From Octopus vulgaris (taxonomy: Eukaryota), in NCBI GenBank assembly GCA_951406725.2, contig OX597814.1:211916001-211980000 (forward strand): DNA of 64,000 nucleotides, in the 5' to 3' direction. The position numbers were made by a program, and so were the translations under genes. How positions within the stretch are numbered: position 1 is the first letter of the stretch; every line of letters starts with the position of its first letter. This document shows, one piece after another, positions 13,823-27,734 of this stretch. Under the pieces are notes generated by a model. It worked only from the letters and a program-made list of their open reading frames with translations. It was not told the DNA's origin and searched no databases.

Positions 13823-14322
13823 CTTACTCATTCCATTGTTTGTCAGCAATTCTATGAACTCTTTGAGAATGATTTCATATCGCTTCTACACTAATTTGAT
13901 TACTATATGCAGGTTTTCATAGTTCATTGTTATAAATTTAACTGACGGTTGTGTATTGTCAATATTTGCAGGTACACCTCGGAAAATATTACTACACATG
14001 ATATTGTACACCATTAGGAGAGAAAGATAATTGGTAATGCTGAGGAACATTTTAAGCCTATATAAATCTAAGTCTAAAGGGAAACATATGAGAGAGTAGG
14101 GAAGTCTAGAAATGTGTATTCCCAATTAAAGGAGATCGGCTTTAATGCCAATAAACGCGAGTCCTTCCGCAAGTCCGCGGGCGAATCATAGTATCGCTCA
14201 TTATAATTTGGTACGCCTATATGTCGTGTTAGTATAGGCGGAGATTCAATGCTATGAGTTTTTTTACGATTGGCAAATGCATTTCTCTATCACTTTGTCG
14301 TACACGCTTGTTTCCCGAAATT
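13823..14322 (-). pseudogene. Disabled internal exon of the minus-strand gene
   Basis: atttatag|AA TTT CGG (phase 1) to AGT AAG|gtaaag (phase 0); 500 nt fits the phases; two compensating frameshifts and an in-frame TAG at 13886-13888. Confidence 0.55.
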
Positions 14323-14521
14323 CTATAAATTATAACTATTGTTCTCCAGAGATACATTATGTCATTATTTGCCTCTGAAGACTTTACTAGGGAACATACT
14401 TCATGCATCTTTTATTTTATTTTTTTCTTGTTTGTGGTATATTATTAATACATAACTAATAACATTCACATTGTTTTTTTTTTTTTGATTTTTGATCAAG
14501 AGAAAAAGTACGTACGAATAT

Positions 14522-14912
14522 TGGAATGGATGCACTCCGTCGGTTACGACGACGAGGGTTCCGGTTGATCCGAATCAACGGAACAGCCTGCTCGTGAAAT
14601 TAACGTGTAAGTGGCTGAGCACTCCAAAGACACGTGCACCCTTAACGTAGTTCTCGGGGATATTCAGCGTGACACAGAGCGTGACAAGGCCGGCCTCTTG
14701 AAATACAGGTACAACAGAAACAGGAAGTAAGAGTGAGAGAAAGTTATGGTGAAAGAGTACAGCAGGGATCACCACCATCCCCTGCCGGAGCCTCGCGGAG
14801 CTTTTAGGTGTTTTCGATCAATAAACACTCACAAAGCCCGGTCTGGGATTCGAAACCGCGATCCTATGACCGCGAGTCCGCTGCCCTAACGACTGGGCCA
14901 TTGCGTCTCCAC
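14522..14912 (-). mobile_element. Full-length SINE family B with ~13-bp TSD
   Basis: Flanked by acgtacgaatatt / acgtacgcatatt; highly similar to 31465-31848. Confidence 0.92.
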
Positions 14913-17242
14913 GTACGCATATTATGTAGAGACTTGTCTAGATTTATATGGTAGATATTATTTATGTTTGTCAAACATTTGGAAATTCGCGTGTCTGAGA
15001 ATGACTTTATGCAAACCATTTAGATGGTAGTTGCGGAGGAGCTCAGTGATGTATCTAAGTGCAGCTGATGCCTAGACCTAGACAGTAATACTCATGAGTG
15101 TAGGTTACCTGTTTTTTGTACAATTTCAATAATAGCTGACAGCTAAAGTATCCCCTGGCTCTCAAAAGAAGGACCAGTCGCTAGGATGCAATCTTAGCTT
15201 ATGAGGAATGTTGTTTCCTCAGGAGAGATATTCAGCAGTATTAACGCACAACTCATAGATCAATTATATATGCCATCACTGGGTTTTATTCAGGAAAATT
15301 GAAAATATATTTCCTTTGAAGCAATTTTTACTACAACGCATTTTCGTACAAATAACACCTCCTGAACTTGGAGGTTATCATACATGGCAAAAAATTTCTA
15401 TGACAATTCCATATAATTTGAGATCGACGAACTATCACGGAAAGCAATATAATATTTTAGGATATTATATCTATTAAAATGTAGTGAAGATAAATGAAGG
15501 AAAAAATGTTTACATGGAATTGATAGTAAATTTCCAGCACAGATTATTTACGACTTTCACCACAATTTTACTTATATTAACACAATACTAGAATAACTTT
15601 CAGCATTGTGCATTACATTTTATATAGTAATACTTATGACCCCTTGTTGATCATATTTTCTGTTATATATTTGCTGTTTTTAGGATAAAGAAAATTCTAA
15701 AATATTTAACGACATTGTCTTAACAGCACACTATATCTCATGTCACTTTATGCCTAACACTTCACGGAAAATAGAAGCCTCTAGTCTGCTTTTATAATAA
15801 ATAAGGACAATTTATTTATCTCACGTATTTTTCTCCTTTCATAAAGTACATTGTCTAACATTTCGAATTAAAGTGTTTGCCTCCCATGGAGAGCCTTGCT
15901 TGCAAGGTTGCAAAATCTCTTCGGAAGTAGAGGCAGATGAAGTGGAAGAGGTTACATTAAATGTACAATTCGGAATCAAGTAAATTATTGCAATATATTT
16001 ACACGCACGATGTATCTGAAAGAACTTCTAAACATCTACTCATTTATTCCGTTTTTCCTTCATCTGTTAACCGACTATTATGTTTCCAATATAATACGCA
16101 AATACACGCATTAGCTAATTGCTGTTTCTTCAATCTTAAATCAATAGGATCGATGACTTCAATACAAAGAATTTCAAAATAATACTTAGCTATTCAGTAG
16201 ATTTTTATTTCTCCTTTCTTCACTATTAAAATGAAAATTGTTTTCCACTGCCATTTTGTAAGACGCTTCAATCTCATGATTTGTATACCATTTTCAATAT
16301 CATTTGTATCTGATTTAATTAATGTATACTGTTCAAATAATACGCCACAGATCAAGCATAAAATTCGACATACTCATGAAATGCACTTTATTTGTTAGGT
16401 CATCTAAGTATAAATCTATGTGAAACTTACTTTAGTTATATGACACAAATACTGTTCAGTTGCTTTCTCTTAAATCTGATAATTCTGGATAATGATGATA
16501 AAAACTAAGCGTTCTTTATAATGGTCAGTCCAAAAGGAAAGGCAGATCTGGAGCCAATGAGGAATTTGTCCCAAAACATTAATGGTATAAGTGAGAGGAC
16601 ATGTCAAAGAGTAGCATAAAATCTAAACTTTCGAGTTTCGATTCCCAGTATCTTACGTAATATTCACAGTCATTATGAATAACATATTAGTTTAATTACG
16701 GTTAAGATATGTTGAAGATGTCTTTTGTGCCTATTATTGTGCTACTAAGAAGCTATGTCTGATCCATTATGTTTAAATTTTATGTAACCATTAACCATAG
16801 ACGAAGGTGTATATTTTTCGAAATTATCTTCTGCAGCATAATTTAAGGTATGTTTAAAACAGGCTATATGAAATAACAAAAAAATATTGTATTTTGATAT
16901 ATTGCCTGATAAAATGCAAAGTCGACTTCGCTAAGCATTTTGCAGAGCCTGCTAACGATTCTGCCAGGTCGCAGCTTTTCATGAAATAATAATATTAGCC
17001 GAATATTATCCTGCATATACATGGGAGTGATTAATATGCACTTACACTCTCTTTCTCTTTCACTCTCTCTCTCTACCCCACCTCTCTCTCTCTTAATCAT
17101 AAAGCGGCTTTGCTATCATGAATGTCGTCGGAAACAATATTGGCTCCATGCTTTCGACGGTACTGACGCGATGCGCTATGAAACGCTTCCAAGTGGTTTA
17201 TTCACACAGATCTTAGAAGTGAAATGACTTTGAGCACCATAT

Positions 17243-17485
17243 CTCTTTTACTCTTTTAATTGCTTCAGTCATTTGACTATAGCCATCCTGGAGCACCACC
17301 TTTAGTCGAGCAAATCGACCCCAGGACTTATCCTCTGTAAGCCTAGTACTTATTATATCGGTCTCTTTCGCCGAACCGCTAAGTTACGCGGACGTAAACA
17401 CACCAGCATCAGTTGTCAAGTGATGTTGGGGGTACAAACACAGACACACAAACGTATACACACACACACAAACACACACATACAC

Positions 17486-17542
<57 letters not shown>

Positions 17543-17708
17543 CATATAAACGACGGGCTTCTTTCGGTTTCCGTCTACCAAATCCACTCGCAAGGCTTTA
17601 GTCGGCCCGAGACTATAGTGCAAGACACTTTCCCAAGGTGCCACGCAGTTTGAACTGAACCCGGAACCATGTGGTTCGTAAGCAAGCTACTTACCACACA
17701 TCCACTCT
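17243..17708 (-). mobile_element. SINE family A
   Basis: Reverse complement of the 4875-5283 family. Confidence 0.9.
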
Positions 17709-18211
17709 TACTTGTTAGTGTGAGACAACGCCTGCACGACTACGTAAGATTTTATCCTTAAAAGTGAAAGAGTTCTGAGGAATGATAAATAAATCAGTGA
17801 GAGCTCTCTGGTACATATGGTTGTACATTGACAGTAGTGAGAGTAAATACCCGAATAGATGACAAATTGTGTGCTTGCTAACGTTTTTGCTTTCCGTAAT
17901 AGTTTAACAATTTGAAGTGATAATAATAGGTCAGTATTTTGAAAGATGAGAGGAAATAATAATGATTAAGACTGTATGATATATTCCTCTAGAGCAATAT
18001 AAAGACAATAAACTATCAAAAAGAGGAAAGGTATTTGGGTCAGTCTTAGACGGAAACAGAAGACATAATCTGAAAGCCAGCTGTGGGACATACTGTTGCT
18101 CTTGTCCAAGCAACCACATCATTTCAGCCAAACATGATTTAACTGCTAACTATACCAACACGAGTCATTGAGGTTGAACGTTATATCGGACTTATGCTTG
18201 GCCGAATATAT

Positions 18212-18423
18212 ATTTCTTTACTACCCAAAAGGGGCTAAACACAGAGGGGACAAACAAGGACAGACAAAGCAATTAAGTCGTTTCCATCGACCCCAGTGCG
18301 TAACTGGTACTTAATTTATCGACCACGAAAGGATGAAAGGCAAAGTCAACCTCGGCGGAATTTGAACTCAGAACGTAACGGCAGACAAAATACGGCTACG
18401 CATTTCTGCCAGCTCGCCGCCTT
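18212..18423 (-). mobile_element. SINE family D
   Basis: Homologous to 10058-10285. Confidence 0.85.
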
Positions 18424-19430
18424 CATTCATGCCTGGCCGAATATAGTCAATATGACTGTTAATGTACTGAGAACAATTGCAAAGATGTTTGGGAGCAAAT
18501 AATACATCTTGGTAGTAGGTGAAATTTTACTGAGAGTTTTTTTTAATGCACACTAGCAACATATTTTCCACCTAATATATCTATATATGCCAGCGAAAAT
18601 GTTTGATAGAAACATATTTACGTTTCAGAAGAAATGTCCGTCAAGACTCACATGAAATATGATAAAAAAACATTTAGTGAAATTTTCTCAGTATCTTAGA
18701 TAACACTCTTTATCAATCACACATGCTATTTCTATTGAAAGTGATATTTTAAAGAAACGGCATTTGGCATTCATTTCACACTCAAATATTCATCTCCCTT
18801 AAACTAAAAATTAGTTGAAACGAATCTCTAACCTTTGCCCGGTGCTTTTGTAGTTCTAGCAATGATTTAAACCTGAAAGGGCTGGTTATGTTCCTTTTAG
18901 TCATTATCTGAAATAAGATTACCAGCAATTTTGACAGCGGTATATTTGTAATTTTACGGTCATAAAAAATCCGCTTACAGTAATAAACAAGGATTAATAC
19001 TTGATAAAAATAAATGATATGATGTCATAAATGAAATAGGAATTCGACGTTTACGTCAAGTTCATTTATGAATGCAAAGAACATGCAGCTGTAAAATATG
19101 ACGTTCGCGCAGTAGAGTTCGTGGTCTTATCTATAAATATATAGATTATATTTCTCTATATACAAATCTAATTATATTTCGAGAATAGTTCAATATTTTC
19201 ATAATAATCTCAAAACACTTCAGACTCTTCTAGGTCAGATTATTTCAAATCTATCTAGTTTGCTTGATATATTTTGCAATATCAAGTGTGACAGTTGATA
19301 TATACAATATATATATATGCACATACGTAAGGAGAGAGAGAGGTGATTACACTATGAAATCGTGCCATTGCATTAATAAATAAGACAAAAGGGTAACTGA
19401 ATGGGCAATATTTGCTACTATTTATATTAC

Positions 19431-19765
19431 CTACATTATCTAAGGTCGAAATGAATCTCGACCGACATATTCCAATACTCAACAACACGGCTTGATCACT
19501 AAATTCTAAAAACCCGGCGGAATGAATACGGATTTTACACACAATGAGTTTGTAAACTACGCAAAGTTGCGGTTTCCACGCGCGAATATTCTCAAAGAAA
19601 TAATATGGAATGTTCTTGACAAATAGGTCGGCAACTTTTTTTCGCGTTAAGCTTTGAGCCTCACATTTTCCGTAATTGTAGATTATACCGACCATCTTGT
19701 GTGCACCAACTGCCCTTTTAGCACGATCAGCAGTATTAAATGTGAGAAGGTTTTCCATGAACTCC
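19431..19765 (-). CDS. Intact internal exon (EFMENLLTFNTADR...FVKNIPYYFFENIRAWKPQL...TLDNV)
   Basis: gttttag|G GAG TTC ... GTA G|gtaata; 335 nt with 111 open codons; phase 2 in and phase 1 out match both neighbouring exons. Confidence 0.7.
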
Positions 19766-20164
19766 CTAAAACATTCTAAATGCCTATCACCAAAATCATA
19801 TTCGATTTTACAGACGAAAGGAATCGGGTCATGGGTGGAAGAAATTTCCTGGCTCCTAGAAGAAGAAACAGGAATTAGAAAATGTACTCAAAAGCGACGT
19901 GAGCCTTTGGACAGTCAAAACAGAAAAAATGTATCCACTCTCTAGTATCGCAGCATATTTACATGTATAGGTCATCGGATCCCAAGAAATTATCTGTATT
20001 TACACATATGTACAGGCTTGACCAGAACTGAGGTAATACAAATTGTAAGTTTTACATCCACGTAATTTTAACAGCATCTAAATACATCTTTTTACACAAA
20101 GTTAGACGTACCCCGAGAGTTTATATATACATACATGCATACATGCACACACACATACACACAC

Positions 20165-20211
<47 letters not shown>

Positions 20212-20224
20212 TATATATATATAT

Positions 20225-20330
20225 GATTCGTACTTTCGTGGTGCGTCGGATTTCAGATCTTGAACAGAGTCGTGCATTGAGTCGACTCTGGTCAAGATCT
20301 GAGATCTGACACACCACCAAAGTACGAATC
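20225..20330. repeat. ~106-bp near-perfect palindrome in (TA)n (MITE-like hairpin)
   Basis: 48-bp arms gattcgtacttt...cagagtcg with about 5 mismatches, 10-nt loop. Confidence 0.9.
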
Positions 20331-20342
20331 ATATATATATAT

Positions 20343-20670
20343 TTCTGCGTTGGCTGGGTCATGCCCTCCGTCGTCAACCAGGGGAATTCATCAACGAAGC
20401 AATTGCCCCAGCTCCCCTTCAGGGTTGGCGAAAGCGATGTGGTGGACAAGGAAAAACCTGGCTGATGACAGTCAAGGCTGACCTGGAAACCAACCTAGGC
20501 CCCCATATCTATGGCTTTCGCCACTGGAATAAGGAGTGGTTGGAGATCACGCGGTCGTTATCCACAAATCGCCAGGTTTAGTCGGCGTTTGTGAGAGATA
20601 CAGCATTGAGGATGAATGAAGCCAGCTCAACCTACCCCGGGTGAATGCGGTCTCAAGTCAAGCCAAGTCA
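20343..20670 (+). mobile_element. RTE-clade LINE 3' end
   Basis: LRWLGHALRR...GWRKRCGGQGKTW...VKADLE; ends in a (caagt)n-like tail. Confidence 0.8.
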
Positions 20671-20689
20671 TATATATATATAAGCATCT

Positions 20690-21090
20690 TTCATCTACTA
20701 TTTGTTTCACTAAATAGACTGCGGCAATGATGGATCATCATTTTAAAGACTATTTTATGTAATTTTATTAAGCATATGTAATTTTATTAAGGCCCGATGC
20801 TTATTCTAAGGGTCAACTTACGGGAAATTAAACGCGTCAACAGGGAATGACAAGCGATGATGGGGGAAAAACTCACACACAAAGACACATACAGATGCCC
20901 ACACATATATATTCATACATGTATACACGTTTGCCATGTTGCAGTTTCCGTTTCCCTTATCTACTCACAACGCTTTGCTGAGACTGAGACTTTAGCAGAT
21001 GAGACAAGTCGAAGGTGCAACGCTGTGACAATGGAACCGGAGCATTGTGGTTGGGATGCACATTTCTTACCACACACAAACTACTTCCTC
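20690..21090 (-). mobile_element. Old, decayed SINE family A copy
   Basis: gcagtttccgtt...ctactcacaacgcttt...ttcttaccacaca remnants. Confidence 0.6.
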
Positions 21091-21389
21091 TATAGTTACA
21101 CTTCTGACTGTGTATACAAACACACACATACACATACGCGTGCACACACACACATAAATACACACACACACACATACATACACATACACACACACATATA
21201 TATATATATACACACAGCCCACCTGTGTATATATAATATACACTACCTGACCACGTTCCGTCAATTCCTTATTGACGGCTAATTGTAGTATTTTATACAA
21301 GCATAACGTACAAAATACGGTACATAATAATCACACATACAAACATTCACATACTTTCCTTGTACACGTACACACATAGATATACTCAC

Positions 21390-21679
21390 ACAGGGATGAT
21401 AAGCTGTCATAAAATCAGTAAATCTTGCGTAAGCACCGCCTGCTTTAGTAAATACCATTGAATTACCGGCCACCCCATGGTTCCCACAATTATTACTGGC
21501 AACAACGATTCATGTGGCGCAACATTATAAGCCCATAGCATGCTTGAATGTTACGTGCACACTGTGATACCGATTGTCTGAGTATGTTCCGCCATGGCCC
21601 ACGTTCAAACAAATAGTCTGACGGGCGAATCTATTAGTAGAACAGTGAAGATTTCTAAGAAATTCCCAGAACTCTCTAC
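21390..21679 (-). pseudogene. Disabled internal exon (VESSGNFLEIF...SLLPVIIVGTMGWPVIQW...QLIIP)
   Basis: cctcag|GTA ... CCT GT|gtgagt; 290 nt, phase 0 to 2 joins exon 19765; three in-frame stops (TGA, TAA, TGA). Confidence 0.55.
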
Positions 21680-21869
21680 CTGAGGTTTGTATGTGTATAG
21701 ATGCACACACTTGAGCGTAAGTATTGGCAGTTCAAGCAACACAGCAACTCACCCACATATATACAAACACGGGCACCCTCTTGGTCAAAAGATTTTGTCG
21801 TTTTCTTAGCGACCGGCTTAAACACTTTGAAGAAGAAACATACGTACATGTATGCATATGGACATAATG

Positions 21870-21927
21870 CATACATACATACATACATACATACATACAT
21901 ACATACATACATACATACATACATACA

Positions 21928-21957
<30 letters not shown>
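21870..21957. repeat. (ATAC)n microsatellite
   Basis: Direct reading. Confidence 0.98.
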
Positions 21958-21958
<1 letters not shown>

Positions 21959-24376
21959 GTGAATGGTGTTTGCATGTACTAAACTGAAAACCTGCGTGTG
22001 TGTATTATATGCATAATGAACCTTGCAAGATACCAAACAAATATTTCAACACATCAACAATCTTGCAAAATGAACGAAAAGAAAATTTTAGCGTTTGGAA
22101 TAACAGAGTCTCAGTTTTGATTTAATCGCCATTATTAGCACCTCTAGTTTGGAAATATCTTTGTTGAACATATCAATGAAGAACTGGATCTTATAAATCT
22201 CACTTGAAATTCAACGTAAAACACGTTTACCATTCTTGGTGTTATATGGAAGCCAACTTTATGATATAGCTATCATAGACGAAATGAAGCAGCTAATTTA
22301 TGTGGAAATTTATTGTAAAAATTCGCTTTATAGCAATGTACGACTATTTCACTTTAATCAAGGAGTAAAGAGTAAAAAAAAATTATTTGCTATAAAACGA
22401 ACTAAATAACAAATAGATTAGATTTCATTCCATGACATATTGTATGATAAACTATTGATTTTATTACTGTTATTCTGTGTTGATATATATTGTACTACTA
22501 TTAGCTGTATGCTGCAAATAGCATCGCTATTCACGAAGCGACGAAGTGATCCATCTGTAGCAGGTCTGAACTCCAAAAGTTTGTTGCGAGTTTATCTACC
22601 TTTCGCTCTGTTCTGCAGTTATATTAAAACTATATTATGTATTTTAAGTTGTGATTACGGTGCAACAGAATAGATAAACTTTATCCAAATATTTCGATTT
22701 TCTTCATATTATAACAACTTCGGTGGCGGCTTCAATACCCACATCACGTGCACAATTGATTTAAATGACTACATCTGCTCCGTGTATAATAATAGTTGGT
22801 TGAAACATGCCTGGAGAGGATATGTATATATATATATATATATATATAATATGAAGTTTAGCATTCATATTACGTGAGAAATTAAAGACTAGTATTTTAA
22901 TAAAAATAAAATCTTAAATAAAATTTCCAGGATTTTAAAATTTAGTTCACTTTTCATATACACTATACAAGAAATTGCCTCAAGCAATTGGCAGTTTAAA
23001 TAATGTATATTAACCTTTGAATTAGTATGTGAATTTTATATCTTCTAAGGACGCTTCTCGTCAGCATACCCTTTTTCACTGAAAATATAAATTGAAACTA
23101 AGCAATTTTAAACATCACATTAATGAAAAGTTTGTCATATTTATGAACAACGTTACATCTACGATACTTACAAAATTGTACTCCTGGTAAGAACTTTCTT
23201 ATGCCATGTACCATTTAACATGCAAGCAATTTTAAATTATTTTAATTAATATATTTTAAAGTTATAAATCGCTAAGACATTTTATAATAAAACTAGACTT
23301 TCAAAATTTGAAGTTTTTTAGGGGTGAAAGAAAATAAAAGTGAATCTAAATTTAGCATTAAATGTATTCTGAATATAAAGCATCTTGCAGCAATGACAAA
23401 TTATATTGATAAATATTTCTCTGAGCTTGAAAATATTCACGCAAACATTTAAGAATGCATATAATACATTTTCAGTACCATTTTACTATTTTTTAAAAAA
23501 AGAAACCATATGTACATTAAAACAGATAAAAACATAAGAACAAATGGCAGCTGAAAACAACAATCACACTAAGAACACATATTAGTGTAGCGCCCTTGCT
23601 ATCTGTGAGAAATATGTACACAACTCAATACAAATACTCAGACATTCACGCTAAAAATACACGCGTGAAAATGTATTTCATTTCAGATATATCTTGATAA
23701 TCAATTCTATTAATAGCTCGGGGTCTAGCTTAGGCTGCGTCAAGTTTATATGAATTTGAGCATTCTTGATAGAAGGCAGCACGTCCTAAAGGGGAAATCT
23801 TTTATACTGGAACATATTCTGTTCCTCGATCGAACTGAACACGCAAAATTACCGCCAGAAATAAATTACTCACAAAAATGAGATTATTGTATCAATTCAG
23901 AGTACATAAGCATTCCCCACAAGTAGTCCATTGTTGTAAGCTAACAATTTCTTTCCCACACGTAACGTAATGTAAAAAATTAAATAGTGTGAGCTAATAA
24001 TATGGCAATTTTTTTTTTCTCATAAGTATCGGAATGACAGAGGTTTGTAAGACGTATGAAATCTTATTCGCCACAATCTTCAACCGTCTGTATCGAAATT
24101 CACTTAGAGAAAAGGCTACATATTTTGATACTTATATTAGTTACAAATTTTGTAAGAGCATTGGTGGATTTCTGGTCTGTTAACGTATGTATCGTATTTG
24201 AATTATTAACTGACTGTAATAGATTCTGAGATGTATAATACAGCTGAAACGACAGAATTATTCAAAATGCTATCGAGAGAAATATTTTAGTTCCATTACA
24301 GAAATTTGCGAATTAACTCGAAATATCGATAGGTACAAACTTAAATATATATGCATGTATGTATCTATGCATGTAA

Positions 24377-24411
<35 letters not shown>

Positions 24412-24654
24412 CTCAAACACACATGCATACACCCGCACACACACACGCACATAGACATGGGTACCCATAATGTAGTGCACAGTCAGAATCAACTCAAGAC
24501 CGTGTATATGTGCGCGCGTTCGTTTTTGAGACAAGGCATTGTATTTTTACTTGCATGTACAAATTCAACGACGAGATTCTATATTTTCAACTACAGTTAG
24601 TATACAGTTAGTATACAAATGAAAGAAAGTGCTTATTCTTTATTTAAATCTAGC

Positions 24655-24878
24655 CAGCAAGCCGGCAGGTTGTTGGTCAGGCTTAGCCACTTTTCGTCAG
24701 TCTTAGCCACTTTTCGTCAGTGTCTTCATGTCCTAAGATCAAATTCCACCGTGCTCGACTTTCCCCTTCATCTATTACGGGATCGATAATATAATTATCA
24801 GTCAAGTACTGGGATTGTTCAATTGACTCTCCCCACACATCAAAAACTGCTGCCCTTTTGTTAAACTTGAAACCATTC
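24655..24878 (+). mobile_element. Decayed SINE family D
   Basis: tcaaattccaccgtgctcgactttccccttcatc...gatcgataa...caagtactggg. Confidence 0.65.
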
Positions 24879-24879
24879 C

Positions 24880-26052
24880 ATATAAACGTAAATGTTCATA
24901 GGCTGACTAAAGTACTCTCATAGAATGTAACTAAATCAGGTCCACTTACGTTTTTCATCGGTAATGTAATTTTTGTATTTTATTGGTGAATAAACTTTAA
25001 TGGTCTTCGTCAAAAACGTCAAAAATAAATACGACGTCATTATCACTGCGACAATTCCCAGCTAACTGGGTTTTTTTTCATGCTGGGGAACATTTGTAGT
25101 TAGATGAAAGCATATCATGAGAATAGGGATGGTAACTAGTCACGCACAGCAGCCATTGACACTAATGACTTGTGTGCGGGAGTATTGTCCTGATGAAACG
25201 AAACACTTTTGTCACTTTTCCTGGGTACTTGCTCTTGGCAGCCTTTTATAACTGCCGTAACAAGCCACATCATCCAATGGTGATGTGGCTCTGTTCATGC
25301 CATTGACCACAATGCATTTTGCATCCTAAAACCACTGAGGCCATCATCTTCCCTGAAGACGAAACAATGTGGGTATTGTTTGGCGCAGAGTAGCAGGGCT
25401 GTTTCTCCTGAACGGATTGTCTATTTATCCGTAGCTCAACCAGCTGGATCTGCCTCAAATTTTCCTGTCATTCGATGAAGCTGGTGCACTTTTGATCAGA
25501 TGTGAATGGATGTGATGCCTACTGACTAGAGTCCTTCGTTATGCCAAATTCCTTCTGGAGAATATTCTTAAGTCGCTCAGGCGTGACGCTAATACCATTG
25601 GCTAGGTGATTTATAGCCAATAGCCTCCATTGCCATGTGTTGAATTCGATAAATGTTCTCCTCGCTGGTGACAGCCTGAAGACGTCCAGAACTTGGATCA
25701 TATTTAAGAACCTCCCCACCCTTTCTAAATTTAGATACCCACATTTTCACTATCGATAAATTTGGAGTGTCATCCCCTAATGTAGCATGCATATCAGCAT
25801 GAATATCCTTGTGGTCTAAACCTTTCTTCTGCAGGTACCTGATAACACCACGATGCCAAATTCTATCTCTTTTCAAGGGAACTCGCTACCAATTACATTT
25901 GAAGTCTCTTTTGAGAAGTCGAATATCAGTTTACCTGAAAATACACAATGCTATTATTAATAAAGAGAGATAAAATGAAAGCCTGTAAGATTTTCTATGT
26001 CCAGCACCACTCGTTCATATTTAGCGCATAAACTTTTCTCCTATCCTTGTAT
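24880..26052 (-). mobile_element. Decayed mariner transposon
   Basis: HTH-type ORF MKRDRIWHRGVIRYLQKKGL...W..KF (25589-25876), SSGKMMASV motif, HQDNTPAH remnant at ~25180. Confidence 0.85.
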
Positions 26053-26826
26053 ATTACATCATAACAGAATATTTGATCGAATCAAGAAAAATAAAAAGAA
26101 ATAATATTCAAAGTTGGACTTCCACTTCTCCATCATTATTATATATGGAAAATAAAGTATTGATTTCCTTGAAATTAAATAAAAGGCAACATATGTCTCA
26201 AGAAAAATAAGCAATTGAGCCAAGAATAATTAGCAAGCAAGATAAAAAGAAGCAAAATAAAGCATGGGCAGCAATGAATATTGACAAATAATACAAATTA
26301 ATTGACTGGTAAGATAGCTTAAGTTTACTTAACTTAACATTTATAATATTCAGAGAAACATCGTCCTGCTGACAATTCCTGAATTTCATTCATTTCTATT
26401 TCGATATATTGAAATTAGTAACATTATGGGTGAAAATAGTGAATAACATGAATAATTAATACTCATGAATTGTGCAAAGTTGTCTAAGATTATAAAGGTA
26501 TTAAAATCCTGTCCATATTCCAGTAGTGAATGAAACACACTTCGTACCGTTTACAGACAAAACTGGCATATTGTCCTTGACTATGTCTATCCGGTACCCT
26601 GGATATTCCAGTCGCTACGACATATTCATTTTAGTAATTTTACTGACATTTCCAGAGAAAATAATGATTGCGATACAGTTAAAATTACTAAGTCTCTCTA
26701 AAAGAGAACAACGGCAGCGTTCCCGGAAAATAATAGTTATCGCCATACTAATATGGCATTCTTATAAAAATAAGAATAAACCTTCGAGCAGAGATTGTCA
26801 GAAGCGACACCTACTGGTCTGGCTAC

Positions 26827-26868
26827 GCTACATTGAAAAGGGGCAATACCCCGAAACGCGTCTGTAGC
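26827..26868 (+). ncRNA. Minimal type I hammerhead ribozyme (U3-A8 variant), copy 1
   Basis: gctaca-TTGAAAA-GGGG caata CCCC-GAAA-CGCG-TC-tgtagc. Confidence 0.8.
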
Positions 26869-27189
26869 TGCCGGTCAAGTAGTGTGGAGCGACTGACCTC
26901 CCTTGTTCGAAGGTTATATGGATACAGTTTGTGTATCAAATAGCTAACTTAAGGCGACGGCCTCATGGAGCTAATAAGCGGACAGCTTTATTCTTATTTT
27001 TTTAAGAATGCCATATTAGTATGGCGATAACTAATATTTTCCGGGAACGCTGCCGTTGTTCTCTTTTAGAGAGACTTAGTAATTTTAATATTTCTATTAT
27101 TGAAAACAAGTGGATGTATTCCACCGAAGCTAGGTAAATAAAACCTTCGAACAGAGATTGTCAGAAGCGACACCTACTGGTCTGGCTAC

Positions 27190-27231
27190 GCTACATTGAA
27201 AAGGGGCAATACCCCGAAACGCGTCTGTAGC
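27190..27231 (+). ncRNA. Minimal type I hammerhead ribozyme (U3-A8 variant), copy 2
   Basis: Identical to 26827-26868. Confidence 0.8.
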
Positions 27232-27734
27232 TGCCGGTCAAGTAGTGTGGAGCGACTGACCTCCCTTGTTCGAAGGTTATATGGATACAGTTTGTGTATC
27301 AAATAGCTAACTTAAGGCGATGGCCTCATGGAGCTAATAAGCGGACAGCTTTATTCTTATTTTTATAAGAATGCCATATTAGTATGGCGATAACTATTAT
27401 TTTCCGGGAACGCTGCCGTTGTTCTCTTTTAGAGAGACTTAGTAATTTTAATATTTCTATTATATATATATATAGATAGATAGATAGATAGATAGATAGA
27501 CAGATAGATAGGACAAAACACACTACGCGCACACAGCTGTTACATATAAGCGCTGCTCACACACGCGCGCACATACACTTCTGGGTGCCTCACAACTCCT
27601 GTCTATACACATGCACGCGATCACATAACATTTCTGCTCACCCACTTGCTAACACACTCATACAAACGCGCTCACACATACACATTTATAAAATCGCACA
27701 CAATATCTCTCTCCTTCACACCCATACATATGAT

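Larger units (their letters stand above)
26679..27463 (+). mobile_element. Penelope-like non-autonomous element: two tandem ~323-bp units (period 363) preceded by an inverted copy of the unit's 3' end
   Basis: 26778-27100 is nearly identical to 27141-27463; 26679-26780 is the reverse complement of 26987-27088 and 27350-27451; ends at (TA)n. Confidence 0.85.

Noticed and set aside
21279-21710. Alternative frame GREFWEFLRN... (IgGFc-binding-like start)
   Set aside because: Weak similarity, and this frame ends in phase 0, which is incompatible with the next exon.
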